A DNA stretch of 64,000 nucleotides. Origin: Clostridia bacterium. Its GTDB lineage: Bacteria > Bacillota > Clostridia > Christensenellales > UBA1242. Positions 25,533-37,603 of this stretch are shown here, in pieces. The number at the start of each line of letters is the position of its first letter. Position 1 is the first letter of the stretch. The stretch covers positions 193,378-257,377 of the forward strand of contig JAFUSN010000003.1 in the NCBI GenBank assembly GCA_017467625.1, read 5' to 3'. The notes beneath the pieces are model-generated. The model ran no database searches. It was given only the letters and a program-made list of their open reading frames with translations, and was not told where the DNA came from. Position numbers and translations under genes: made by a program.

Positions 25533-27497
25533 TTAAATTAGTGATTTAAATTCATCTTCAAACATTATTCTTATGCCAAGTTTCTTGGCTTTATCAAACT
25601 TACTTCCGGGGTTTTCTCCAACCAAAACAATATCCGTTGAGGCTGAAACACTTCCAATTGTTTTGCCCCCTTGCGATTCAATTATTTCAGATGCTTTGTC
25701 CCTTGAGAAACTTGCTAGGGTTCCCGTTAAAACGACCTTTTTGCCAGCAAAAAAGCCATTTGCATTCACTTCTTGTTCCGGTTCAATTGTTATAAATTTT
25801 AGTAGTTCATCAATTTCAACTCTGTTAAATTCTTCAGTGAAATAATGATGAATTTCAGTTGCTGTTATTTCGGCAATATCATCAAGTTCAATTAGTTCAT
25901 CAATTTGTGATTTTGAAAGATTTTGAATTGACTTATAATGTTTTGCAAGTTGTTTGGCTGTTTTTATGCCAATATTTCCAATTCCAAGCGCAAAAATAAA
26001 GTTTGAGAGTTTTACATTTTTACTTTTTTCAATACTTGATAAAACATTATTAATTTTTTTATCCTTAAAGCCCTCAAGCGTTGAAAGTTCATGTGTTGTA
26101 AGTTTGTAGATATCACTGAAGGTTTTTGTTTGAAAAGTGTCGTATAAGGCTTCAAATGTTTTGATTGAAAGTCCATCAATGTTCATTGCGTTTCTGCTTG
26201 CAAATTGAGTCAGTTTTAAGACAATTTGAGCTTTGCAACCTAGGTGATTTGGACAGTAAAGTTCTGTTTCAGTATCTTCTAAAATTGCACCACAACAAGG
26301 ACAAGTTTTTGGCTTTTCAATTGGAGTTGATGTTTCAAATGATTCTGCAACTGAAAGAATTTCAGGAATAACATCATTGCTTCTTCGAATGAAAACTCTG
26401 TCACCAATTTTAACACCTTTTCTGTTAATGTCATTAAAGTTGTTTAATGTTGCTCTTTTTATTGTTACGCCACAAAGTTCAACTGGTTCAAGTTCGGCAA
26501 CGGGTGTTATTTTTCCAGTTCTTCCAACTTGCCAGGTTATTGAGTTTAATATTGTTGAAGTTTCTTCTGCTTCAAACTTATATGCTATTGCCCAACGAGG
26601 GACTTTTTCAGTGAAACCAAGACGATCACGGATTGATTCATTGTTAATTTTTATTACCAATCCATCAATTAAAAAATCAAGTTTGTTTCGTGATTTATTA
26701 ACTTCGTTAATAATTTTTTCAATTTCTTCTATTGAATTTACTTTTTTAAAGAAATTTCCAACTAAAAATCCTTGTTCTTTTAAAAATTTACAAATTTCTT
26801 CTTGAGAAGCAAAGCTTTTATTTGGAGAGAAATTTATGTTATATGCAAAAAAGTCTAAATTTCTTTTTGCTGTTTCTTTTGGATCAAGATTTCTAATTGC
26901 ACCAGCAACGGCATTTCTTGCATTTTTTAATTTTTCATCAGTTTTTGAGTTGTATTTTTCCAGTTCTGAAAGTTTTATAATTCCCTCACCCTGAATGTCA
27001 ATTCTTCCAAGATATGGGATTGTTAGAGGAACTGTTCTAATGGTTTTTACTTGTTCAGTTACATCTTCGCCAATTTCACCATTTCCACGAGTTGCAGCTT
27101 GAATAAGTGAACCTTTGTTATAAGAAAGAGAAAGTGAAAGTCCGTCAAATTTGTATTCTACGGAAAATTCCGGATTAAACGAAAAGATGTTTTGATTTCT
27201 TATATTCCAATCTTCAATTTCGGTGATGGTTTGGGCCTTTCCAAGGCTATACAGTTTTCTTTCATGAGTTATTTTTTTAAAACCATCTAAAACTTCTCCA
27301 CCCACTTTTTTTGATGGAGAATTTTCAAGGACAATGCCAGTTTCTTTTTCAAGATCTAACAACTTGTAATAAAGAGAATCCCACTCCTTATCAGAAATTG
27401 TTGGATTGTCAAGAACATAATAGTCATAACTTGCCTTATTTATTTTTTCAATTAGTTGTTTCATTTCAACTATTTGTGATTGGTTGTCTTTATTCAT
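25533..27497 (-). CDS. ligA: NAD-dependent DNA ligase
   Basis: KxDG adenylation motif (EYKFDGLS), Zn finger CPCCG..CPN..C, HhH and BRCT regions, 654 aa. Confidence 0.9.
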   Translation of the reverse strand: MNKDNQSQIVEMKQLIEKINKASYDYYVLDNPTISDKEWDSLYYKLLDLEKETGIVLENSPSKKVGGEVLDGFKKITHERKLYSLGKAQTITEIEDWNIRNQNIFSFNPEFSVEYKFDGLSLSLSYNKGSLIQAATRGNGEIGEDVTEQVKTIRTVPLTIPYLGRIDIQGEGIIKLSELEKYNSKTDEKLKNARNAVAGAIRNLDPKETAKRNLDFFAYNINFSPNKSFASQEEICKFLKEQGFLVGNFFKKVNSIEEIEKIINEVNKSRNKLDFLIDGLVIKINNESIRDRLGFTEKVPRWAIAYKFEAEETSTILNSITWQVGRTGKITPVAELEPVELCGVTIKRATLNNFNDINRKGVKIGDRVFIRRSNDVIPEILSVAESFETSTPIEKPKTCPCCGAILEDTETELYCPNHLGCKAQIVLKLTQFASRNAMNIDGLSIKTFEALYDTFQTKTFSDIYKLTTHELSTLEGFKDKKINNVLSSIEKSKNVKLSNFIFALGIGNIGIKTAKQLAKHYKSIQNLSKSQIDELIELDDIAEITATEIHHYFTEEFNRVEIDELLKFITIEPEQEVNANGFFAGKKVVLTGTLASFSRDKASEIIESQGGKTIGSVSASTDIVLVGENPGSKFDKAKKLGIRIMFEDEFKSLI

Positions 27498-27505
27498 AAA
27501 TCACC

Positions 27506-29785
27506 TTAATTATCAATTATTTCAAGCTTTGCATACTTAAGTGAAAGAGTTTTAATTCCAACGCTATCAAAGCGAATTGTTACAAATGCACTTGCAAAAT
27601 CTGTTACACCAAGAGTTACGGTTCCGTCTCCAAAGTGAGCATGATGAACTCTTGTTCCATTTTTGAATTTTGCATAGTCAGCGGCGGTTAATTTTGGAGA
27701 ATTATTAACTGCTGAAGTTTCGGGCTTTTTGTTTGAAACATCAACAATGTTTACATGGCTTGACATTCTTGAGTCAAGTGACTCTCTTTTTGATGATGAG
27801 TTTAAATAATCTCCAAAGCCAGATTCTTCCAAATTTGTTTTTGAGATAATTGAGTTGTTTGATTGAGTTTTTTTGAAGTCATCAAACATTTCAGGAAGAA
27901 ATCTTGATGGCATTGTGTATTCAGTGCGTTTTGTTTCAAAACTAAATTTAACTTTACTTCGTGTTAAATAAACCTTATTTTTTGCTCGGGTCACTGCAAC
28001 ATACATAAGTCGCCTTTCTTCTTCAAGATCATTTGGATCGGTGCTGTTTATTGCTCTTGAAAGAGGAAATAATCCATCATTAAGTCCAATAATAAAAACT
28101 GTGTTAAATTCAAGACCTTTTGCAGAGTGGATAGTCATTAACGAAACAAAGTCATCGCTGTCGTTCATTGAATCAATATCTCTCATTAATGTTATTGATT
28201 GCAAAAAATCTTCAATTGAAGATCCTTCATTGCTTGAAGCATATTCATTAACCGATTTTAAAAAGTCATCAACATTCAAGCATTTGTTAAGATCATCTTC
28301 TGTTTTTGTTCCAATGGCTTCTTTAATGCCAACCTTTTTAACTAAATATGATGCAAAATCCTCAAGGTTCATTCCCTCTTTTTTTTCATTTAAATCTAAA
28401 AATAAATCACGGATAGAATTTAATTTATTTAAAAGAGACCCTTTAATTCCGTAGTTTGATGCATTGCAAATAACCTCCATCATACTCACATCATTTGTTC
28501 CTGCAATATCTAAAATTTCAGCTATGCTTACATCTCCAATTCCCTTTTTTGGAAATGAAAGCATTCTCATTGTTGCCTCTGTGTCATTAGGATTTGCAAT
28601 TAAGTAAAGATATGATGTTGTGTCTTTAATTTCCTTGCGTTCAAAGAACTTGTAGCCGCCATATACTTTATATGGAATGTTATATGTTAAAAGTTTTTCT
28701 TCAACAACGCGTGAAAGTGAGTTAACTCTCATCAAAATTGCAAAATCGGAATATTTTGCACCCAAATTTCTAACCCTTGATTCAATTGTTTCAGCAACAA
28801 ATTCTGCCTCTTCAATATCATTGTAAGTTTGTTTGACTTCAGGAATTTCGCCATCATTATTTTCAGTCCAAAGATTTTTTTCAATTCTAATTGTGTTGTT
28901 TTTGATGACTTTGTTTGCAATTTCAACAATCTTTTTTGTTGAACGATAGTTTTGCTCAAGTTTAAATACTTTGCAGTTTGGAAAGTCTTTTGTAAAACTT
29001 TTAACATTTCCAACTTGGGCTCCACGCCATGAATAGATACATTGATCTTCATCACCAACAGCCAAAATGTTGTTGTATTTATTAGCGAGAAGTTTAACAA
29101 GGTCATATTGGGCACCATTGGTGTCCTGAAATTCGTCAACATAAATGTATTTAAATTTGTTTTGATACATATCAAGCAGGTCTGGAAATTTAACAAAAAG
29201 TTGATAAGTTTTTAAAAGAAGATCATCAAAATCAAGTGCGTTAGCCTTAAAAAGTTCCTGTTCATAATCTTTAAAAACGCCGGTTATAATTTCGCATTTT
29301 TTCTTATCGCGGATATATTTTGAATAATCATCTGGAGAAAGAAGGTTGTTTTTTGCATTTGAAATATGCCAAGCAAATGTTTCAACATTTATGTCGGTGC
29401 TTCTATTTTCCAAAACACGTTTAATTACCCTTTCTTTTTCCGTGTCGCCATAAATTGAAAAATTTTTTGAATAGCCAAGAAGATCAATGTTTCTTCTTAA
29501 AATTTTTGAACACATTGCGTGAAAAGTGCAAACCCACATGTCGCCAAGATTATCAATCATTTTTTCAAGACGCTCTTTCATTTCATTTGCTGATTTATTT
29601 GTGAAAGTGATTGCAAGAATGTGACTGGGGTTTATGCCTTCATCTTTAACCATGTGAGCAATTCGGTGGGTTAACATTCGAGTTTTTCCACTCCCAGCCC
29701 CTGCTGTAACTAAAATTGCCCCATCAATGATTGATGCAGGAATGCGCTGTTCTTCATTTAAGTTTTCTAAAATCTCGCTATTCAT
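27506..29785 (-). CDS. pcrA: ATP-dependent DNA helicase PcrA (UvrD family)
   Basis: AGAGSGKT, DEFQDTN, YRS, TIHSAKGLEF, VAVTRA. Start set to the ATG at 29785, behind AGGAGA. Confidence 0.9.
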   Translation of the reverse strand: MNSEILENLNEEQRIPASIIDGAILVTAGAGSGKTRMLTHRIAHMVKDEGINPSHILAITFTNKSANEMKERLEKMIDNLGDMWVCTFHAMCSKILRRNIDLLGYSKNFSIYGDTEKERVIKRVLENRSTDINVETFAWHISNAKNNLLSPDDYSKYIRDKKKCEIITGVFKDYEQELFKANALDFDDLLLKTYQLFVKFPDLLDMYQNKFKYIYVDEFQDTNGAQYDLVKLLANKYNNILAVGDEDQCIYSWRGAQVGNVKSFTKDFPNCKVFKLEQNYRSTKKIVEIANKVIKNNTIRIEKNLWTENNDGEIPEVKQTYNDIEEAEFVAETIESRVRNLGAKYSDFAILMRVNSLSRVVEEKLLTYNIPYKVYGGYKFFERKEIKDTTSYLYLIANPNDTEATMRMLSFPKKGIGDVSIAEILDIAGTNDVSMMEVICNASNYGIKGSLLNKLNSIRDLFLDLNEKKEGMNLEDFASYLVKKVGIKEAIGTKTEDDLNKCLNVDDFLKSVNEYASSNEGSSIEDFLQSITLMRDIDSMNDSDDFVSLMTIHSAKGLEFNTVFIIGLNDGLFPLSRAINSTDPNDLEEERRLMYVAVTRAKNKVYLTRSKVKFSFETKRTEYTMPSRFLPEMFDDFKKTQSNNSIISKTNLEESGFGDYLNSSSKRESLDSRMSSHVNIVDVSNKKPETSAVNNSPKLTAADYAKFKNGTRVHHAHFGDGTVTLGVTDFASAFVTIRFDSVGIKTLSLKYAKLEIIDN

Positions 29786-29857
29786 ATTTTCTCCTAATAA
29801 AAATATTTTAACACAAAACAAAAATTTCGTAAATAAAAAATAGCGCTGAACGCTATT

Positions 29858-30205
29858 TTAACCATCAAGTTTATTTGATAAGTAATATTCACGAATTCTG
29901 TTGTATCGCTTAGAAATGTCAATGATATACATTTCTTTTTCAGTTTGAGTTAGCGAGTCAAAAAATTTTTTATCTGTTAAATCATGAAGCGGATTAATTT
30001 TATCAGGATTTGTGTCAAGAATTTTTTTTACTTTGTCATATAGTGGATCATCTTCAATTTTTTGTTTTCCAGCAACAATTTTATATGTTGTTGGTGAAAG
30101 ATATGCATGTGTTTGTTTTTCTTCAATTTGTTCATTTGTTTTTCCAGCAGACGCAAGTCTTTTTTTAGCCTTTTGTGCAAGTAACTTTAAAGCACTTGAT
30201 TTCAT
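29858..30205 (-). CDS. Hypothetical small basic protein
   Basis: The ATG at 30205 lies 7 nt after AAGGAG. 115 aa, with a terminator hairpin overlapping the stop. It occupies the slot after rpsU but does not resemble YqeY. Confidence 0.5.
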   Translation of the reverse strand: MKSSALKLLAQKAKKRLASAGKTNEQIEEKQTHAYLSPTTYKIVAGKQKIEDDPLYDKVKKILDTNPDKINPLHDLTDKKFFDSLTQTEKEMYIIDISKRYNRIREYYLSNKLDG

Positions 30206-30337
30206 AAACATACTCCTTGAAATAAAATACAGACAGAATTTTATCACAAGAAAATCCAATATTTTTTCATTCGCAATAAAAGACATTTTTTTACAAAAAA
30301 AGGCAAAAGAAAAGCAGGTATAAAACCTGCCTCAAAA

Positions 30338-30517
30338 TTAACCTTTTCTTGCTCTCTTTCTTGCATTTTCGCTTTTAAGCTTTTTTGCAACAGAAGGTTT
30401 TACATAAGCCTCCTTTTTTCTGATGTCGCCGATGATACCATCTTTTTGACATTTTCTTTTCCATCTTTTAAGTGCGCTGTCAAGGCTTTCGTTTTCTCCA
30501 ACTTTAACGGTTGTCAT
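30338..30517 (-). CDS. rpsU: 30S ribosomal protein S21
   Basis: [22 protein letters not shown]...[16 protein letters not shown] lies 9 nt upstream of the ATG at 30517. Confidence 0.9.
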   Translation of the reverse strand: MTTVKVGENESLDSALKRWKRKCQKDGIIGDIRKKEAYVKPSVAKKLKSENARKRARKG

Positions 30518-30703
30518 TATGTATTTCACCTCCTCTTGCTTGAACTAGAAAACATTATAACACACATTACTATTAATGTCAAATGTAAAATTTTTCTTTT
30601 AAAATTGCAAAATGCAAAATTTGTTTTTTTGCAAATTTTTCTAAAAAACACTAAAAATTAAAGCGATTTTCAAGAAAATATTGATTAAATTGCGTTTTTT
30701 AAT

Positions 30704-31948
30704 TTAATTAACAATTTCAGCAAGTGCCCCATCATTGTAAATTTCTTTTATTAAAACTTGCTTAATTTCATTTGATTTTAATTTTTCATTTGATGGGATG
30801 TAGCATAATATAAAATTTTTAGTGTGTGCTAAATAATAACCATTTTTTTCATTTTCAATTATAACCTCATGAATTTTACCAATATTTTTAGTTATAAATT
30901 CATTACGGTTTTGTGTGGCAAGTTCAGTCATTTTCTTTACTCTATCATCAACATTTTTTGCAACCATTTTAAATTTTTCTGCTGCTGTTCCCGACCGTAT
31001 TGAATATGGGAAGATGTGCATATCACTAAATTTAACATCACGAACAAAGTTTAAACTTTCTTCAAAATCCTCTTCTGTTTCAGTTGCAAAACCAATAATT
31101 ATGTCAGTTGTGATTCCTGCATTTGGAAAATATTTTCTGATAAGGTCAACCTTGGTTTTAAAATCTTCTTTTGTGTAGTGTCGATTCATATGTTTAAGTG
31201 TGTTATTTGAACCACTTTGAAGGCTTAAATGAAATTGATCACAAAAGTTTTTATATGTTGAAAGTTCTTTCAAAAATTCATCAGTAATTACATTCACTTC
31301 AAGTGATGAAAATCTAAATCTATTTTCTTTATTTTTGAAAAGTCTAGCAATTTCAATAAGGCCATCACTACCAGGAATATCCTTACCATATGCAGATAGA
31401 TTGATACCAGTAATTACAATTTCTTTTGCAATTTTACAAATTTTTTCAAGCTCATCTTTAATTTCTTCAAGTGGAAAGCTTACTTCCCGTCCACGAAGAT
31501 ATGGAATTATGCAGTATGTGCAAAAATTATTGCAGCCGTTTTGAACCCAAAGATCAGCTCTTGTTCTTGTTGTAATTCGATATACTTTGTTATTAGCTGA
31601 TTTGAAATTGTCATTTTGCAAAATTTTATCTGCAAGCCTGATTTTGTTTTCGGTTCCAATAACATATTTAACATTTTGTTTTGTAGTGAAATTTTCTGGG
31701 CCCTTTTGACTCGAGCATCCGCATACATATATTTCAGCATTTTTGTTTAGTTTCAAAATTTTTGAAATGTAATTTCTTGATTTTCTTTCAGCTTCATTTG
31801 TAACTGCACAAGTATTAATTACATATATATCACTTGTTCCTAGCCCCATAGAAACATCATATCCAAAAGATTCAAGTTTTTCGCCAATTGATTCACTTTC
31901 AACTTGGTTAACTTTACAACCAAGCGTGATTATTGATATTTTTTTCAT
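30704..31948 (-). CDS. mtaB: tRNA t6A37 methylthiotransferase MtaB (radical SAM)
   Basis: MKKISIITLGCKVNQ.ES, CNNFCTYCIIP, C-terminal TRAM-like region. Start set to Met37 of the listed ORF, which removes the overlap with rsmE. Confidence 0.8.
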   Translation of the reverse strand: MKKISIITLGCKVNQVESESIGEKLESFGYDVSMGLGTSDIYVINTCAVTNEAERKSRNYISKILKLNKNAEIYVCGCSSQKGPENFTTKQNVKYVIGTENKIRLADKILQNDNFKSANNKVYRITTRTRADLWVQNGCNNFCTYCIIPYLRGREVSFPLEEIKDELEKICKIAKEIVITGINLSAYGKDIPGSDGLIEIARLFKNKENRFRFSSLEVNVITDEFLKELSTYKNFCDQFHLSLQSGSNNTLKHMNRHYTKEDFKTKVDLIRKYFPNAGITTDIIIGFATETEEDFEESLNFVRDVKFSDMHIFPYSIRSGTAAEKFKMVAKNVDDRVKKMTELATQNRNEFITKNIGKIHEVIIENEKNGYYLAHTKNFILCYIPSNEKLKSNEIKQVLIKEIYNDGALAEIVN

Positions 31949-31956
31949 CTCTTCCT

Positions 31957-32688
31957 CTAATTTTCTAAAATTTGCATTGCAAGTGCTGTGCAGGCAATTG
32001 CAGCTGTTTCTGTTCTTAAAATTCTTTTCCCAAGTGAAACAATTATTGCTCCACAATTCTTTAATAATTCAATTTCATTTTTAGAAAAGCCACCTTCTGC
32101 ACCAATCATTATTGCAATATTTTTTAGTTTGTTTTTACCTTTAGTAAGTTCATCAACAAGAGTTCTTCCATCTTCAGCTTCATATGCAACAAAAAAGGCA
32201 TCAAAATCAGAAATTTTATTTTTTAATTCGGTTAATTTAACCGTATTTTCAATTTTTAATATGGTTGCTCGTCCACATTGTTTTGATGCTGAAATTGCTA
32301 TTGAGTAAAGGCGTTCAGCTTTAGTTGAATTTCCTTTAACATCACAAAATTCACTTTCAAATAATGCTAATGTTGTGGCGCCAAGTTCAGTGATTTTTTG
32401 AGTGATTAAGCTTAATTTGTCGCCTTTTGCAAGTGCTTGAAAAATTGTTAAATTAATTGATGGTTCAGCAGAAGAATTTTCTTCTTTTTCAATAAAAATT
32501 TCAGCTTGCTTTTTTGAAATGTTTTTAACAATTCCAAAATAAAATTTACCATTTCCATTGAAAAGACAAATTGAATCTCCAACTCTAGTGCGCATTACAT
32601 TTGCAAGATGATGAAATTCTTCGCCTTCAAGAGTTATATTTTGACCAATAGTTAAATTTGAATTTACATAATATCTTTTTTCTTTCAT
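31957..32688 (-). CDS. rsmE: 16S rRNA (uracil1498-N3)-methyltransferase
   Basis: RYYV..., HHLANVMR, C-terminal IGAEGGFS..E, LG.RILRTETA. Confidence 0.85.
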   Translation of the reverse strand: MKEKRYYVNSNLTIGQNITLEGEEFHHLANVMRTRVGDSICLFNGNGKFYFGIVKNISKKQAEIFIEKEENSSAEPSINLTIFQALAKGDKLSLITQKITELGATTLALFESEFCDVKGNSTKAERLYSIAISASKQCGRATILKIENTVKLTELKNKISDFDAFFVAYEAEDGRTLVDELTKGKNKLKNIAIMIGAEGGFSKNEIELLKNCGAIIVSLGKRILRTETAAIACTALAMQILEN

Positions 32689-32765
32689 AAGGTAATTATA
32701 ATACTTATAGTAAAAAAAATCAATGCAAAAAAGAAGAACCCTAAAAGTTCTTCTTAGTTATGATT

Positions 32766-33902
32766 TTATAATTTATCTATAAATGCTTTTCGTTTGCTAT
32801 ATTCTTTTTCTGAAATTGATTTTTGAAGTTCTTCAACAAGTTTCTTTTCAGATTTTCCAAGAGTTTTTGGGAGCTCCACAATAATTTTTACATAAAGTGA
32901 ACCAAAACCATTTTTGTTTAGCATTTTGATGCCCTTGCCTTTAACCGTTAAAACAGTTCCAGTTTGAGTGAGTTCAGGAACAGTAATTTCAAGTGTTTCA
33001 TTTATTCCTGCGACTTTAATTTTTGAACCAAGTAACGCATCTGTAAATGATATTGGAACTTCTTCATAAACATCATAACCGTCGCGCTTTAAAATTTTAT
33101 GTGGTTCAACTTGAATTAAAATTTGCATATCACCTGCTGGGCCTCCGTTTCTTCCAGCTTCACCCTGTCCGCGAAGTGTTAAAACCTGATCTGTGTCAAC
33201 ACCGCCTGGAATATTTAGTTCAATTGTTCTATTTTCACGGGTAGTTCCTGCACCATTACAGTGTTCACACTTAATCTTAATTTTCTTTCCTGTTCCACCA
33301 CAATCAGGACAAATTCCTTCTGAAACAACTTGGCCAAAAGGTGTGCTTTGAGCCTGTCTTACTGTTCCGTTTCCATTACATTTTGAACAAGTTGTATATT
33401 CCGTTCCATTTTTTGCACCAGTTCCCTTACAATACGGACATGTTTCATGTCTATATAAGTTTACACTCTTTTTTGCACCAAAAGCCGCTTCAACAAATGA
33501 GAGTTTCATTTTAACTTGAATATCTTGACCTTGTTCAGGACCAGATCGTGATCTTCTTCTGCTTCCTCCGCCAAAAGCCCCGCCAAAAATATTGCTGAAA
33601 ATATCACCAAAATCACCAAAGTCGCCAGATGAAAATCCACCAAAATCGCCGGCTCCGCCTCCAAAGCCACTAAATCCTTGAGGACCATTTTCATTGCCAT
33701 AGGTGTCATAGTTTTGTCTTTTTGTTTTATCAGATAAAACACTAAAGGCTTCATTAACTTCTTTAAGTTTTTCAGCAGCTTCTGCATTTCCTGGATTTAA
33801 ATCTGGATGATATTTTTTTGCAAGAGATCTATAAGCTTTTTTAATTTCATCATCAGAAGCGTTTTTGTTTACGCCTAAAATGTCATAATAATTTTTTGCC
33901 AT
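32766..33902 (-). CDS. dnaJ: Molecular chaperone DnaJ
   Basis: J domain with HPD (KYHPDLNP), G/F-rich region and four CxxCxGxG repeats. Confidence 0.95.
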   Translation of the reverse strand: MAKNYYDILGVNKNASDDEIKKAYRSLAKKYHPDLNPGNAEAAEKLKEVNEAFSVLSDKTKRQNYDTYGNENGPQGFSGFGGGAGDFGGFSSGDFGDFGDIFSNIFGGAFGGGSRRRSRSGPEQGQDIQVKMKLSFVEAAFGAKKSVNLYRHETCPYCKGTGAKNGTEYTTCSKCNGNGTVRQAQSTPFGQVVSEGICPDCGGTGKKIKIKCEHCNGAGTTRENRTIELNIPGGVDTDQVLTLRGQGEAGRNGGPAGDMQILIQVEPHKILKRDGYDVYEEVPISFTDALLGSKIKVAGINETLEITVPELTQTGTVLTVKGKGIKMLNKNGFGSLYVKIIVELPKTLGKSEKKLVEELQKSISEKEYSKRKAFIDKL

Positions 33903-33996
33903 AATTTTCCTTTTTTAAAAACTTTCAGACAGCTACTAATAGCTGCCTGAAAATAAATAAAAGTGCATTTTTTAATATAAAATCATCAAAAAAGTA

Positions 33997-35829
33997 CTAT
34001 TTTGTAGTAAAATCACCAAAATTATTTGGATCAGTTGAACCATTTCCTTCTGTTTGGCCTGCACCATTTGCGCCAGCATTAGGATTTGCATTTTGATAAA
34101 GTTTTGTGAAAATTTCATTTGAAACTTTTGAAAGTGTATCAAGTTCACCTTTAAGTGTTTCAGCATCGTTAGCTGTTTTCATTGTTTCTTTTGCGTGGTT
34201 AACTGCTTCATCAAGTTTCGTTTTATCTTCTTCACTAACTTTATCACCACTTTCACGAAGAACTTTTTCAATACTGCTTACAAGTTGATCAAGATTGTTT
34301 CTGCTGTCTACAACTTCCTTGCGTTTTTTATCTTCTTCAGCATACATTTCAGCTTCTTTAATTGCTTTGTCAATGTCTGCATCTGTTAAGTTTGATGAGG
34401 CTGTAATTGTGATGTCTTGAGATTTTCCAGTTCCAAGATCTTTAGCTGAAACATGAACAATTCCGTTTGCATCAATATCAAATTTAACCTCAATTTGTGG
34501 AACTCCACGAGGAGCTGGAGCAATTCCTGTCAGTTCAAATCTTCCAAGAGTTTTGTTGTCTGCTGCAAACTCTCTTTCACCCTGCAAAACATGAATGTCA
34601 ACTGCAGGTTGATTGTCTGCTGCTGTTGAGAAAATTTGTGTTTTTGTTGTTGGAATTGTTGTATTTTTTTCAATAAGTTTTGTGAATACACCACCCATTG
34701 TTTCAATTCCAAGTGAAAGTGGGGTTACATCAAGCAAAAGGACATCTTTAACATCACCAGCTAAAACACCGCCTTGAATTGCTGCACCAATAGCGACGCA
34801 TTCGTCTGGGTTGATTCCTGTAAATGGTTGCTTGCCAACATATTCCTGAACTTTGTTAATTACCATTGGGATTCTTGTTGAGCCACCAACCATAATTATT
34901 TTAGCAATATCTTTTGTTGAAAGTTTTGCATCAGCAAGAGCTTTTTTTGTTAAATCAATTGTTTCATTGATATAATCTTCAATCATACTTTCAAATTTTG
35001 CACGAGTGAGATTAATTTCCATGTGTTTTGGACCATTGCTGTCGGCTGAAATAAATGGAAGTGAAATTGTGCTTTGTGTGAGTGATGAAAGCTCAATTTT
35101 TGATTTTTCAGCTGCTTCTTTAAGTCTTTGCATTGCCATTTTGTCTTTTGAAAGGTCAATACCATCACTCTTTTTAAATTCCTCAACTAAATAGTTTATG
35201 ATCATTTCATCAAAGTTATCACCACCAAGGTGTGTGTTTCCACCAGTTGCAAGAACTTGGAAAACTCCGTCTGCTATTTCAAGGACTGAAATATCAAATG
35301 TTCCACCACCAAGGTCATAAACCAAAATCTTTTGGCCATTTTGATCTTTAACTTTATCAAGTCCATAAGCAAGAGCTGCTGCAGTTGGCTCGTTTATAAT
35401 TCTTTTTACATCAAGACCAGCAATTTTTCCAGCATCTTTAGTTGCTTGACGTTGTGAATCATTAAAGTATGCTGGAACAGTGATAACAGCTTCACTTACT
35501 GTTTCACCTAAATATTTTTCTGCGTCAGCTTTAAGTTTTGAAAGAATCATAGCTGAAATTTCAGGTGGAGTGTATGATTTTCCGCCAGCCTGAACTTTTG
35601 TATTCTCTCCCATTTTACTTTTAATTGAACGAATTGTGTTGTCAGGATTTGCAACAGCTTGACGCTTTGCAACTTGACCAACAAGTCTTTCGCCATCTTT
35701 TGTGAATCCAACAACAGATGGAGTTGTTCTGCTTCCTTCTGCATTTGTTATAACTGTTGGTTCACCGCCTTCCATGATTGCCACACATGAGTTTGTGGTT
35801 CCAAGGTCAATTCCTATAATTTTTCCCAT
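33997..35829 (-). CDS. dnaK: Molecular chaperone DnaK
   Basis: [25 protein letters not shown], 610 aa. Confidence 0.97.
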   Translation of the reverse strand: MGKIIGIDLGTTNSCVAIMEGGEPTVITNAEGSRTTPSVVGFTKDGERLVGQVAKRQAVANPDNTIRSIKSKMGENTKVQAGGKSYTPPEISAMILSKLKADAEKYLGETVSEAVITVPAYFNDSQRQATKDAGKIAGLDVKRIINEPTAAALAYGLDKVKDQNGQKILVYDLGGGTFDISVLEIADGVFQVLATGGNTHLGGDNFDEMIINYLVEEFKKSDGIDLSKDKMAMQRLKEAAEKSKIELSSLTQSTISLPFISADSNGPKHMEINLTRAKFESMIEDYINETIDLTKKALADAKLSTKDIAKIIMVGGSTRIPMVINKVQEYVGKQPFTGINPDECVAIGAAIQGGVLAGDVKDVLLLDVTPLSLGIETMGGVFTKLIEKNTTIPTTKTQIFSTAADNQPAVDIHVLQGEREFAADNKTLGRFELTGIAPAPRGVPQIEVKFDIDANGIVHVSAKDLGTGKSQDITITASSNLTDADIDKAIKEAEMYAEEDKKRKEVVDSRNNLDQLVSSIEKVLRESGDKVSEEDKTKLDEAVNHAKETMKTANDAETLKGELDTLSKVSNEIFTKLYQNANPNAGANGAGQTEGNGSTDPNNFGDFTTK

Positions 35830-35919
35830 ATTTTTATTCTCCTTTATCTATTCAGCATTTTGCTGTTAATTTTATTTTCCACAAAGGTTAGCCTTTTGCA
35901 CTAAAACTAGATTTATTGT

Positions 35920-36531
35920 CTATAATTTATAGACGCTTACAGTTGCTGGTCTAATAACTTCATTAGACTCAGAAAACTTATAGCCTTTTTGATATACTGT
36001 TGCAATTACATCTTCTTTTGACTCATCATCAGTTTTTTCAGTGTTTATGCAATTATGAAATTCTGGATTAAGTTTTTCATTTTTACATGCAATTTCAACA
36101 ACACCAAGCTCTGTTATGGTTTGAGTTAATGAGTTGTAAATCATTGCAAATCCCTGCATCACAGATGAATCAACCTGACGCATTGCTTGGTCAAAATTGT
36201 CTAGCACTGGAAGAAGTTTTTTTGCAACTGATTCATTTGCTTTTTTTGATGCCTGTGTTTCAATATCTTTATTTCTTTCTTTATACCGTTCAAAATCTTT
36301 TTTGTTTGTTTCTGCTTCAGTTTTATAATAAGAAGCAGTATTTAGATATTGACTTGCCTGCTTTTTTGCAACTTCAAGCTCAGATTTTGTGTTTTTTAAT
36401 TCCTCATCAAGTTCTTTAATTTTTTTATTTAACTCATCAAATTTTTGTGAAATATGATTTTCATGATGATGTTTTTTAAAGTTCTGATTTTTATCATGAG
36501 GAACATTTTGTTGTTCTTCTGGTTCTGTCAT
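35920..36531 (-). CDS. grpE: Nucleotide exchange factor GrpE
   Basis: Coiled-coil N-terminal half, C-terminal FHNCI..GYKF...VIRPA.V, operon position. Confidence 0.9.
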   Translation of the reverse strand: MTEPEEQQNVPHDKNQNFKKHHHENHISQKFDELNKKIKELDEELKNTKSELEVAKKQASQYLNTASYYKTEAETNKKDFERYKERNKDIETQASKKANESVAKKLLPVLDNFDQAMRQVDSSVMQGFAMIYNSLTQTITELGVVEIACKNEKLNPEFHNCINTEKTDDESKEDVIATVYQKGYKFSESNEVIRPATVSVYKL

Positions 36532-37563
36532 TTAATCATCCCCTTTATTTAAATTGTCTTCAATTGTTTTTGCAACTTCCTTTAAAACTGAAATTGCTTT
36601 TGAATAGTCCATTCTCATTGGTCCAATTACGCCAGCTGTGATTTTTGTGTCATTCACATTGTAGCTCATTGTGATAACTGAACAATCTTCAAGTGCTTCA
36701 TTGGTTCCAACATTAACAGAAATTTCAAGACCATCATTGTTTTCAAAAAGCGGCACAACACTGTCAGTATCTTCAAAAATTGATATTGCTTTTTTAAATT
36801 TTTCAACATTATTAAATTCGGGATATTCAATTAGTTTGTCTTTTCCAGCAATACTTATGTTTCTGTCAGCACCTGAATTTGATTCAATAACATCCAAAAC
36901 TCTATCAAACACAAATTTATATTTTTGAAGTTCTTTTGTTACAACTTGATTTCTAAAGTTTTTGTTTTTAATTGCTTGTAAAGGTTTTCCAACAAAAAGC
37001 TCTCTTAAAACATCTGCTGCAGATTTAAGTTCGTCTTCGTTGTTTGTTCCAAGATTTGCAAGTTCATTTATAACTTTTTCATTTGTAACAACAACAACAA
37101 GTTGAGTTGTTTTGCTTACAGGATAAAGTTTAATATCTTTTATTATTGCCCTATTTGTTGATCCGGTGTAAACAACAGAGGTGTAGTTGGTTGCTTTTGA
37201 AATAGTTTTTGCAGAACGTTCAATAATTTCACGAATGTTTACAAGTTTGTTAGCAAAATTTGATTTTATTGCAGCTTTTTCTTTTGGAGTGAGTTTTCTT
37301 TCCTGCATAAGTTCAGTTATATATTTTTCATAACCTTCCTTTGTTGGAACTCTTCCAGATGATGTGTGAAGATGAGTGAGATAACCCATTTCTTCAAGCG
37401 CATTAAGTTCATTTCTAATTGTTGCAGAACTTAACTTTGGCAAATACTCCTCTTGAAGTTGTTTGCTTGAAACTGCATCTGCATTTTTGCTTTTTACATT
37501 TGTTTCAATTACGGCACTTAGAATTTTTTTCTTTCTTTCACTTAAATCCATTAGCCACCTCAT
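36532..37563 (-). CDS. hrcA: Heat-inducible transcription repressor HrcA
   Basis: SSATIRNELNALEEMGYL.H.HTSSGRVPT..GY. The start may instead be the second ATG at 37551. Confidence 0.9.
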   Translation of the reverse strand: MRWLMDLSERKKKILSAVIETNVKSKNADAVSSKQLQEEYLPKLSSATIRNELNALEEMGYLTHLHTSSGRVPTKEGYEKYITELMQERKLTPKEKAAIKSNFANKLVNIREIIERSAKTISKATNYTSVVYTGSTNRAIIKDIKLYPVSKTTQLVVVVTNEKVINELANLGTNNEDELKSAADVLRELFVGKPLQAIKNKNFRNQVVTKELQKYKFVFDRVLDVIESNSGADRNISIAGKDKLIEYPEFNNVEKFKKAISIFEDTDSVVPLFENNDGLEISVNVGTNEALEDCSVITMSYNVNDTKITAGVIGPMRMDYSKAISVLKEVAKTIEDNLNKGDD

Positions 37564-37603
37564 TTGTAATTATATTATTATTTACAAATTTTATGCATTG
37601 TTT